Assembly (NCBI GenBank): GCA_965232515.1
Contig: CBDDPY010000002.1
Location: forward strand, 4,576,001-4,640,000
Length of the DNA: 64,000 nucleotides
Direction of reading: 5' to 3'
Source: Alphaproteobacteria bacterium
GTDB taxonomy: Bacteria; Pseudomonadota; Alphaproteobacteria; GCA-2731375
Each line of letters opens with the position of its first letter. Positions within the stretch are counted from its first letter, which is position 1. The position numbers and the translations under genes are program-made. The notes under the pieces were generated by a model, which worked only from the letters and a program-made list of their open reading frames with translations, had not been told where the DNA came from and did no database searches. This document shows positions 53,522 to 61,349 of the stretch, in pieces.

Positions 53522-54271
53522 ATGCTGCTGCAGATGATGACCTGGAACGAGGTCGAGGCCCATCTCGAACGCTCGACGGCCGTGATCGTGCCGATCGGCT
53601 CGACCGAACAGCATGGGCCCAACGGCCTGATCGGCACCGATGCCCTGACGGCGGAATACATCGCCAAAGGGGTCGGCGAGGAGGTCGACGCCATCGTCGC
53701 GCCGACCATCTCCGTGGGCATGGCGCAGCACCATATGGAATTCACCGGCTCCATGACGCTGAAACCCTCGACCCTGATCCTGGTGATCAAGGAATGGGTC
53801 GAGAGCCTCGCCAAGCACGGCTTCACGCGGGTCTATTTCGTCAACGGCCATGGCGGCAACATTGCCACCATCAACGCCGCCTTCCAGGAGATCTATGCCG
53901 ATCAGAGCCTGGCTCGCGCCGGCAACCGGCCGGCCGTGCGCTGCCGGCTGCGCAACTGGTGGGACGGCAAGGACGTGCACGACTTCTGCCAGAACCTCTG
54001 GGGCGACAAGGACGGCTCGCACGCCACGATCTCCGAGGTCGCGGTCACGCAGTACCTGTTCCCCGATCACATCAAGCGCGCCGACGATATGGGCCCGCCG
54101 TCCGGCTGGCGCGGCGGCTTCGCCGACGCCGAGGACTATCGCGAGAAGTTCCCCGACGGCCGCATCGGCTCGCACCCGTATCTGGCGACGCCCGAGACCG
54201 GCAAGCAGATCTACGACATCGCCGTCAAGGACGTCGCCGCCGACTACCGCGCCTTCGCTGACGGGCGATAA
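53522..54271 (+). CDS. Creatininase/MftE-family amidohydrolase
   Basis: PIGSTEQHG...GTD, VNGHGGN, HA...E. Confidence 0.9.
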   Translation: MLLQMMTWNEVEAHLERSTAVIVPIGSTEQHGPNGLIGTDALTAEYIAKGVGEEVDAIVAPTISVGMAQHHMEFTGSMTLKPSTLILVIKEWVESLAKHGFTRVYFVNGHGGNIATINAAFQEIYADQSLARAGNRPAVRCRLRNWWDGKDVHDFCQNLWGDKDGSHATISEVAVTQYLFPDHIKRADDMGPPSGWRGGFADAEDYREKFPDGRIGSHPYLATPETGKQIYDIAVKDVAADYRAFADGR

Positions 54272-54377
54272 TCGCGTAGCGAAAAAAATCACCACCAAGA
54301 CGCAAAGACACCAAGGTCAGACGTCGCGATCGCCGGACATCCTGCATGATCTTGGTGTCTTCGTGTCTTGGTGGTGA
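54272..54377. repeat. Long hairpin element, copy 1
   Basis: Leader TCGCGTAGCGAA; arms 54289-54315 / 54351-54377 (25 of 27 complementary); 35-nt loop. Confidence 0.85.
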
Positions 54378-54423
54378 AAAATCTGTTGCGCCGCTTAGTG
54401 CGGCCGGTCCGGTTGATTGCTGC

Positions 54424-55245
54424 TCAGCTCCGCGCCTGCTCGAAGACCGGCACGGCCCGTGGCATCAGGGCTTCCAGGCCGGCGATGCGCTGCTGGTCGG
54501 AGGGATGCGTTGACAAAAACTCGGGCGGTTGGCCGCCGCCTTTCGCCTGCGACATGTTCTGCCAGAAGCTGATCGACTGCCGCGGGTCGTAGCCGGCCCG
54601 CGCCATGTAGAGCACGCCGACCTGGTCGGCCTCCAGCTCCTGGCCGCGGGAATAGGGCAGGATCACGCCGTATTGCACGCCCGCGCCCAAGAGGCCGGCG
54701 ATTTGGTTCGCATACGCGATGTTGCCCGCCTCCAGCGCCGTCGACACCGCCTGCAGGCCCAGTTCGGAGGCCTGGGCGACGCCGATACGTTGCGCGCCGT
54801 GCTGTTCGGTGACATGGCCGATCTCGTGGCCCATGACGGTCGCGACGTGGGCATCGTTGTCCATGACGTTGAAGATGCCCTCGTAGAAGCCGACCTTGCC
54901 GCCGGGCAGCGCGAAGGCGTTGATCTGGTCGTTGCGGAAGACCACGAACTCCCAGTTCTGCTGGCCGAAGTCGTTCGCCGCCACCAGGCGTTGGCCGACC
55001 GCCTGCAGCCGTTGCTGCAAACCCGTATCGGGCGAGACCTCCTGCTCCTGCCGGATCCGCGTCCAGGTATCGAGGCCCAGCGCCTCCGCCTGCTGCGGCG
55101 AGATCGCCAGCAATTCGCCGGTCTGCGCGAGCTGCTCCGACGTGCAAGCCACCGTCACCGAACCCGCGGCGCCGATCAGCAGCACCAGCACCTGCCGCCG
55201 CCCGACACGGCGCGGCCGCCGCTCACAACACATCCCGGAATGCAT
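54424..55245 (-). CDS. M48-family metallopeptidase lipoprotein (LoiP/YggG-like)
   Basis: RRQVL...VTVAC signal; NAFALPGG, HEIGH, PYSRGQELEAD, FLSTHP; exact start uncertain. Confidence 0.9.
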   Translation of the reverse strand: MHSGMCCERRPRRVGRRQVLVLLIGAAGSVTVACTSEQLAQTGELLAISPQQAEALGLDTWTRIRQEQEVSPDTGLQQRLQAVGQRLVAANDFGQQNWEFVVFRNDQINAFALPGGKVGFYEGIFNVMDNDAHVATVMGHEIGHVTEQHGAQRIGVAQASELGLQAVSTALEAGNIAYANQIAGLLGAGVQYGVILPYSRGQELEADQVGVLYMARAGYDPRQSISFWQNMSQAKGGGQPPEFLSTHPSDQQRIAGLEALMPRAVPVFEQARS

Positions 55246-55339
55246 CCCGTCCCTCGCCGTCGTTCAGTCACTCTCCCCAGAACAGATATAGTTTGCCGCC
55301 GACGTCGGCGGCAGAAACATTTCGGTGGCGCGCGGGGCT

Positions 55340-55447
55340 TCGCGTAGCGAAGGGGAAAAGAGACCGCCAAGACACGAAGGCACCAAGTTCACGTCGCCCT
55401 CGCACCAATCATTCGGCGTGATCTTGGTGCCTTCGTGTCTTGGCGGT
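55340..55447. repeat. Long hairpin element, copy 2
   Basis: Leader TCGCGTAGCGAA; perfect 25-bp arms 55363-55387 / 55423-55447; 35-nt loop. Confidence 0.87.
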
Positions 55448-55479
55448 GAGAATGACGGCTTCGCCGGATGACGGGCGAT

Positions 55480-55860
55480 TCAGGACGCGACCCGAACCTC
55501 CCCTTCCTTCACTTCGACCGGGTAGACCGTCAGGCCGCGGCCGAAGCAGGGGCCCGAAATGCAGTGGCCGGTGTCGATCTCGAATTGGGCGCCGTGGAAG
55601 CTGCATTCCAGGCGCCGGCGGTCCAGGCTCAGGAAATCGCCCGGCGGATGATCGAGCCGGGACAGCGCGTGCGGGCATTCGTTGACATAGGCGAACAGCG
55701 CGTCGCCCCGGCGCAGCAGGAACACGCGCTTCTGCCCGTCCCAGTCGAACCACAAGAGACGCAGGTTGCCGAGATCGGGATCGATGTCGTCCAGCCGGCA
55801 CAATACGTCGCCGGGCTGTGGCGCGGCCTCGAGCTTGATCAGGCCTGTCGCGTTGCCCAT
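55480..55860 (-). CDS. Rieske [2Fe-2S] ferredoxin
   Basis: NECPH and CSFHGAQF, CISGPC. Confidence 0.88.
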   Translation of the reverse strand: MGNATGLIKLEAAPQPGDVLCRLDDIDPDLGNLRLLWFDWDGQKRVFLLRRGDALFAYVNECPHALSRLDHPPGDFLSLDRRRLECSFHGAQFEIDTGHCISGPCFGRGLTVYPVEVKEGEVRVAS

Positions 55861-55882
55861 GGCGTGCCGCTCAAATCCCGTT

Positions 55883-55948
55883 CGTCGTACCGCCGCAGGC
55901 CGGTATCCATCTGATGTGCCCATGGATGCCGGCCTGCGCCGGCATGAC
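55883..55948. repeat. CGTC-type REP dimer (one arm degenerate)
   Basis: CGTCGTACCGCCGCAGGCCGGTATCCA ... TGGATGCCGGCCTGCGCCGGCATGAC. Confidence 0.72.
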
Positions 55949-55969
55949 CCAGAGATCGGTCGACACGGC

Positions 55970-56389
55970 TCAGCCCTTCACGCCGCCCATCTTGCAGATC
56001 AGCTTCCAGGACTTGGCGTCGACCGGCAGCACCGAAAGACGCGACTGCCTGATCAGCGGCAGCTCGGCCAGGCGTTCTTCGGCCTTGATGTCGGCAAGCG
56101 TCACCGGTTTCGGCACCGGCGCCACCGCGGCGACGTCGACCATGCCGAACCGGCCCGAGGCGTCGGTCGGATCGGGATAGTACTCCTTCACCACCTCGAC
56201 GATGCCGACGACCTGCTTTTCATTGACGGAGTGATAGAAGAAGGCGCGGTCGCCCTTCTTCATCGCCTTCATGTTGTTGGAGGCCTGGTAGTTGCGCACG
56301 CCGTCCCATTCGGCGCCCTTCTTGCCCGCTTTCACCTGATCGTCCCACGACCAGGCCCCGGGCTCCGATTTCATCAGCCAGTATTTCAT
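55970..56389 (-). CDS. EVE domain protein
   Basis: YWLMKSEP, WDGVRNYQA, FFYHS, RLSV.PV. Confidence 0.93.
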   Translation of the reverse strand: MKYWLMKSEPGAWSWDDQVKAGKKGAEWDGVRNYQASNNMKAMKKGDRAFFYHSVNEKQVVGIVEVVKEYYPDPTDASGRFGMVDVAAVAPVPKPVTLADIKAEERLAELPLIRQSRLSVLPVDAKSWKLICKMGGVKG

Positions 56390-56411
56390 TGCGCCTGCCG
56401 TCCCTTCGCGC

Positions 56412-56705
56412 TCATTCCGGCTTCAGCGTGCCGAGCGCGAAGCGCCAGGGCCGCACGGTAACGCTCTCGAACAGGCCAGCCTTGGCGAAGGGGTCGTTGG
56501 CGGCGAAATCCTCGGCATCCGCCAGGCTGTCCGCCTCGATGATCAACAGGCTGCCGCACATGGTCTCGTTGTCCTCCTGCAGCGTCGCGCCGCCGGCGAG
56601 GATCATCGCGCCCTTCGACTTCAGATAGTCGATATGCGCGGGCCGGGTCTCCTGGCGCACGTGCAGCCGTCCCGGCCGGTCGTTGCAGTAGATCGCGTAA
56701 TACAT
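56412..56705 (-). CDS. YciI family protein
   Basis: R.AH..YL, GSLLII, DPF.KAGLF. Confidence 0.88.
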   Translation of the reverse strand: MYYAIYCNDRPGRLHVRQETRPAHIDYLKSKGAMILAGGATLQEDNETMCGSLLIIEADSLADAEDFAANDPFAKAGLFESVTVRPWRFALGTLKPE

Positions 56706-56741
56706 CGGTTTCGTCCCCTTGTTGTCCCGTCGGCTGTTTTA

Positions 56742-57734
56742 TCACACCGCTTCGGATTTGAACGGTCGCGACAGCAGGCCCTCGATGGTCGCGCCGATGT
56801 CGGCCCAGTGATTGACGACGCCGTCGACCGCGGTGCAGATCGGCATCTCGATGTTGAGCTTGCGCGCGGCGTCCGTCACGGCGCTCGCCGTATGCAGGCC
56901 TTCGGCGATGCTGCGGCGTCCGGCGATGAACGCGTCCAGGCGCTGGCCTTCGCCGAGCGCGATGCCCAGCGACATGTTGCGCGAGGTGTCGCTGTTGCAG
57001 GTCAGCGTCAGGTCGCCCAGGCCCGACAGGCCCATAAGGGTTTCGGGCCGGGCGCCGCGGGCGCGGCCGAAGCGCATGATCTCGGCGAGCCCGCGCGTCA
57101 TCAGCGCCGCGCGGGCGTTGTCGCCGAGCTGCCGGCCCTCGACGATGCCGCACGCAATGGCGATCACGTTCTTGATGGCGCCGCCGATCTGCGCGCCGAC
57201 CACGTCGTCCGTCAGATAGGGCCGGAAGGTCGGCCGGCCGATGGCCGCGACGATGGTGTCGCCCAGCTTGGCGTCGGCGCAGGCGAGCGTGACCGCCGTC
57301 GGCAGGCCTTGCGCCACCTCAATGGCGAACGTTGGGCCCGACAGCACGGCCACCGGCGCGTCGGGCATGGTCTCGGCCAGCACCTCGCTCATGAGCGCGT
57401 CGCTCGCCTGCTCGATGCCCTTGGCGCAAATCACGACGGGCGTGCCGGCTGTCGCATGCGGCGCCAGGTCGGCGCTGACCTCGCGCAGCTTCTGCGCCGG
57501 CGTCACCAACAGGATCAGGTCAGCCGCGCCGGCCGACGCCAGGTCCGTCGTCGCCTGGATGCGCGTATCGAGCGTCACGCCGGCGAGATAGTCAGGGTTT
57601 TCCCGGCGGTCGTTGACGGCCGCGACGACATCCGGGTTGCGCGCCCACAGCGTCACGTCCCGCGCGCCGCCGGCGATGGTCTGCGCCAGCGCCGTGCCCC
57701 AGGCGCCGCCGCCGATGACCGTGATTCGCTGCAT
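56742..57734 (-). CDS. gpsA: NAD(P)H-dependent glycerol-3-phosphate dehydrogenase
   Basis: GGGAWGTALA, CAKGIE, LSGPTFA.EV, KNVIAIA, GLGDL.LTC, SRN. Confidence 0.96.
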   Translation of the reverse strand: MQRITVIGGGAWGTALAQTIAGGARDVTLWARNPDVVAAVNDRRENPDYLAGVTLDTRIQATTDLASAGAADLILLVTPAQKLREVSADLAPHATAGTPVVICAKGIEQASDALMSEVLAETMPDAPVAVLSGPTFAIEVAQGLPTAVTLACADAKLGDTIVAAIGRPTFRPYLTDDVVGAQIGGAIKNVIAIACGIVEGRQLGDNARAALMTRGLAEIMRFGRARGARPETLMGLSGLGDLTLTCNSDTSRNMSLGIALGEGQRLDAFIAGRRSIAEGLHTASAVTDAARKLNIEMPICTAVDGVVNHWADIGATIEGLLSRPFKSEAV

Positions 57735-57885
57735 GCCGGGACCTTACGCCCTCGGCCCGCCGGAACTCAATCGTGCATGAACCAGTCCGGCTGATGTGGC
57801 CGAATTCCGACGAATTTTTCGCTTGACGCACCTGTGCATGGGGTTGTTCCGCTGTTTCCGGCGGGCGATACCCCCCTCCCGGCGC

Positions 57886-58323
57886 TCAGGACCGGGCGTG
57901 AATCATGTAGCGGCCGGGCGGGGCGTCGGTCCAGCCGTACTGCCGGTAGAGTTCGTGGGCGTCGTCGGTGGCGAGCACCATGCGGCGCAGGCCGGCAACC
58001 CGCGGGTCGGCCATGATCGTGCCGACCAGCCACTTGCCCAGGCCCTGGCCGCGATAGGCGTCAAGCACATAAACGTCGCTCAGCCAGCCAATGCGGCTGC
58101 CGTCGGTAACGACGCGCGCGAAGCCGATCTGCGCGCCGTCGTTCTCATCGGTCAGGTTGTAGACCAGGGCCGCGCGGATCGACTGTACGAGGTCGGCGCG
58201 CGCGACGTCATGCGCCCAGTACGCGGTCTGCAGGAAATCGCAGACCGCGTCGATATCTGTCGTCGCCGGATCGGTCGTGATCACGAACCCATCCCGGCGC
58301 CAGGATTGATGTGTCTCCGGCAC
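57886..58323 (-). CDS. GNAT acetyltransferase
   Basis: QIGFARVVTD, DVYVLDAYRGQGLG, LATDDAHELY. Confidence 0.88.
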   Translation of the reverse strand: MPETHQSWRRDGFVITTDPATTDIDAVCDFLQTAYWAHDVARADLVQSIRAALVYNLTDENDGAQIGFARVVTDGSRIGWLSDVYVLDAYRGQGLGKWLVGTIMADPRVAGLRRMVLATDDAHELYRQYGWTDAPPGRYMIHARS

Positions 58324-58383
58324 GTGCCGACCCCATGCGCTGTCGTGGCTGCCGGCGCATCTTGCGCCGCCATCGCGTCACGC

Positions 58384-60477
58384 TCAAGTTCGCGCTGCCG
58401 CCGTCTCCTCGTCGTCGCGCCAGGCCCAGAGGTCGATCGGCTCTTCGCGGCCGCGGATCGCCTGGTCGGGAATGGCGAAGAAGCCGGCGAGGTCGGCCTC
58501 GACCGCCGGGTCCGCGGCCCGCGCCGCGTCGACCACAGCGTCCGACGCAATGATGGTGACCTTGTGGTTGCGGGTCAGCGCCTCCAGCCGGCTGGCGACG
58601 TTCACCGCATCGCCGGTGACGGTGAAGGAGAACTGCTGCTCGCCGCCGAGATTGCCCATCAGAACCGGCCCGTAATGCAGGCCGATGCCGATCTGCAGCG
58701 GCGTCTGGCCCTCGGCGGCGCGCTCGCGGCCCCAGACGGTCATGTCGTCGGCCAGCCGTTTGGCGCAGTGGATGGCGTTACCGGCATCCGCGAAGCCGGG
58801 CGCCGGCACGCCGAAGCAGGCCATGGCGCCGTCGCCCATATACTTGTCCAGCGTGCCGTTATTGGCGAACACGGCCCGCTCGACCACGCGGTGGAACTGC
58901 CGCAGCATCGCCACCGCCTCGGTCGGGCTCATATGCTCGCTCTGCCGGGTGAAGCCGACCAGGTCCACGAACATGATGGCGGCGTTCTGCATGCGGTCGA
59001 AGGTGAAGGGGTCGTCGCGGTCGGCGAGCGCCTGCACCACGGCCGGCGAGAAGTAGCGCGACAGGTTGCGGCGCTCGCGCTCCGCCAACCGGCGGCGGCG
59101 CTGCTCGACCAAGGCCCGGGCCAGCGAGAACCAGGCGAAGTTGAGCGCGATCGCCGCAGTCGGGAACACGAAGCTGATCCAGAGGTTGCCGGCGCCGAGC
59201 GCGACGGTGGTGATTACACCCCAGCCGGCCAGCAGGACCACCAGCGCCGGTCCGGTGATGGCGAGCGCCCCGAGGCCGGCCAGCGCCGCGCCGGCAAGAC
59301 CGCCGATCAGGATCGCCGCGATATCCAGTGCGGTCGACCGGTCGTCGCGGATCAGCACCCGGTCGTGCAGGATATTGTCGATCACGGTTGCATAATGTTC
59401 GGTGCCCGGCAGCGTTGGCGTGAACGGCGACGGAAAGGTGTCGCCGATGCCGAGCGCGGTGGCGCCGATCAGCACGATGCGGTCGCGCACCGCGTCGTCG
59501 GGCAGGCGGTCCTCCAGCAGATCGATGAAGGAGAAGGTTTCGAAGCTCCGGGTTGGGCCGTAGCTGTTGACCGGCAGCCGCATGGCGCCGTCGGTCGGCA
59601 CGAAGACGTCGCCGATCTGCACGCCCTCGCCGAAGGTGACGGATAGCGCGTTCCGCGGCAGACCGCGATAGGCGCGCACGGCCTCGATCGGCAGCGAGGG
59701 AAAGTACTCGCCGCGATAGCCGATCACCGGGCGCTCGTGACGCAGGCTGCCGTCGGCGTCGAGCAGGACCGTCACATGCGCCGTATGCGCGGCGCTGTCG
59801 ACGATGCGCGGCGCCGGCGCCAGCAACCCGACCGGCCGCGGCCGCTCGCCGAACAACGTCTCCGGCGCGTGCCGATACACGGCATAGGCCGCGGCCTCTA
59901 TGCGCCGCGGCAGATCGAAGACGTTGGCCTCGGCGGGATCGAAGACGAAGCTGAACGGGATCAGCACGTTGCCGGCGGCCGTGACGGCCGTGGCGAAGTT
60001 GTCGTCGGGACTGGCGACGCCAAGCAGACGATCGAGCTCGGCGGCGGCCGTCGCGGCATCCTTCGGCAGGCCGTCGCGGATCCGGCGCAGGGCGTCGGCG
60101 ATGTCATCGGCGATCGGAGTTTCCGGCTCGCTGAACAGCAGATCGAACACAACGACCCGCGCGCCGCCGGCCTGCAATCGGCGCACGGCGTCGGCCATGC
60201 GGTCGCGCGAAAACGGCCACTGGCCCAATCGGGCGACGGTGGCGTCATCGATCATCACCAGCGCGACGTCCGAGCCGGGCGTCGTTGGGCCGCGCGCCAG
60301 GAAACGCAGATTCAGGCTCTGCGTCTCCATCACCTCGAACGGATTCAACCGCCCCGCGGTGGCGTAGACCGCCAGGACGGCGAGCGTGATCAGCAGCGCG
60401 GCGGCAATGCGGGCGCCACGCCGCGACGGCGGGAGCGGATACGATCCGGACGGGTTAGTCGAGTTCGGTATCGGCAA
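58384..60477 (-). CDS. CHASE2-domain class III adenylate cyclase
   Basis: CHASE2 (IDD..LGQWPF.R, FDLLFSE, D.DG.LR), TM helices, cyclase FVDLVGFT, DKYMGDG, FTVTGDAVNVASRLE. Confidence 0.92.
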   Translation of the reverse strand: MPIPNSTNPSGSYPLPPSRRGARIAAALLITLAVLAVYATAGRLNPFEVMETQSLNLRFLARGPTTPGSDVALVMIDDATVARLGQWPFSRDRMADAVRRLQAGGARVVVFDLLFSEPETPIADDIADALRRIRDGLPKDAATAAAELDRLLGVASPDDNFATAVTAAGNVLIPFSFVFDPAEANVFDLPRRIEAAAYAVYRHAPETLFGERPRPVGLLAPAPRIVDSAAHTAHVTVLLDADGSLRHERPVIGYRGEYFPSLPIEAVRAYRGLPRNALSVTFGEGVQIGDVFVPTDGAMRLPVNSYGPTRSFETFSFIDLLEDRLPDDAVRDRIVLIGATALGIGDTFPSPFTPTLPGTEHYATVIDNILHDRVLIRDDRSTALDIAAILIGGLAGAALAGLGALAITGPALVVLLAGWGVITTVALGAGNLWISFVFPTAAIALNFAWFSLARALVEQRRRRLAERERRNLSRYFSPAVVQALADRDDPFTFDRMQNAAIMFVDLVGFTRQSEHMSPTEAVAMLRQFHRVVERAVFANNGTLDKYMGDGAMACFGVPAPGFADAGNAIHCAKRLADDMTVWGRERAAEGQTPLQIGIGLHYGPVLMGNLGGEQQFSFTVTGDAVNVASRLEALTRNHKVTIIASDAVVDAARAADPAVEADLAGFFAIPDQAIRGREEPIDLWAWRDDEETAAART

Positions 60478-61084
60478 GCGCGGCGTTGACCCTGGCTTCG
60501 CCCCACTTGACCGGCGGGCTCGGCTCGCCGCCGACCACCACGTCGGTTCCGAATTCGGGCTCCAGCAGCACCGCGGCCGGCGGCTGATCCGTCGTTACCG
60601 CGACCAGGCCTTCGACGACGAAGACGCCTGTTTTGCCGTTGTTCGCCTCGACGATCCAGTCGGTGGACCGGACCGAGGCCACGGCCGCCTGGGTTCGGAT
60701 GTCGAACGGCGCCGGCGGATCGCCGCCCGTCACGGTTGCCCGGATAATGCCCCGAATCAATGTCAGAACGGCGCTCAACCGACTGTCGGCTTCGATAAGG
60801 ACGTATTCCGTAAGCTCGACCTCGCTGTCGGCGCCGATCGCGACCACGGTGCCGTCGACCAGCTGCAGCTTCACCCGCGCCTCGGGCCCGGTGACGATAC
60901 GATCGGTCTGAAAGACGGGTTCGCCGACGTCGAGCGACTTGATCGCGCCGTCCCGCATCGCCGTCACGTCGCCGCGCTGCTTCAAGACTTCGCCGACCCG
61001 ATCCACGTCTGCCAAAGCCGACGGTGTGGAATTGAGAAGCCAAACCAGTATCAGGGGAAGGGCGAGGTGTCGAAGCATGAACAT
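60455..61084 (-). CDS. Exported FecR-domain protein
   Basis: Signal peptide; D.I.TG...L.DGT...IG.DS, IRT..AVASVRST.W, V.EGLV.V. Confidence 0.85.
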   Translation of the reverse strand: MFMLRHLALPLILVWLLNSTPSALADVDRVGEVLKQRGDVTAMRDGAIKSLDVGEPVFQTDRIVTGPEARVKLQLVDGTVVAIGADSEVELTEYVLIEADSRLSAVLTLIRGIIRATVTGGDPPAPFDIRTQAAVASVRSTDWIVEANNGKTGVFVVEGLVAVTTDQPPAAVLLEPEFGTDVVVGGEPSPPVKWGEARVNAALADTELD

Positions 61085-61279
61085 TTGTTAACTCTTTTGT
61101 CTTGCTGCCGTGTGTCAGCGGCTCGTTTCCATAGCCGTCGGGGAAATGTCCAGGCGATTCCCACCAGAATAGGCCAATTAGGTGACTGGTGTCGCGGTCT
61201 GCCGATTTTTCCGAGCGCGATCGGGGAAAGTTCGGCCGGAAACCCGTCATACTGGGATTCTATTAGAAAAACCAAAAGC

Positions 61280-61294
61280 TTAAATGCCTTTTAA
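61280..61294. promoter_or_regulatory. Full-consensus CtrA box
   Basis: TTAA-ATGCCTT-TTAA (TTAA-N7-TTAA) in an AT-rich divergent intergenic region. Confidence 0.65.
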
Positions 61295-61349
61295 TAGATT
61301 TCCGAGAAAATCCGCCCGCAACGTTCTCCACAACGAAATAGGAGAAACA

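Noticed and set aside
54272-55447. CRISPR array interpretation of the CCAAG repeats
   Set aside because: The units are inverted arms of two hairpins about 1 kb apart, not regularly spaced direct repeats, and there are no cas genes.
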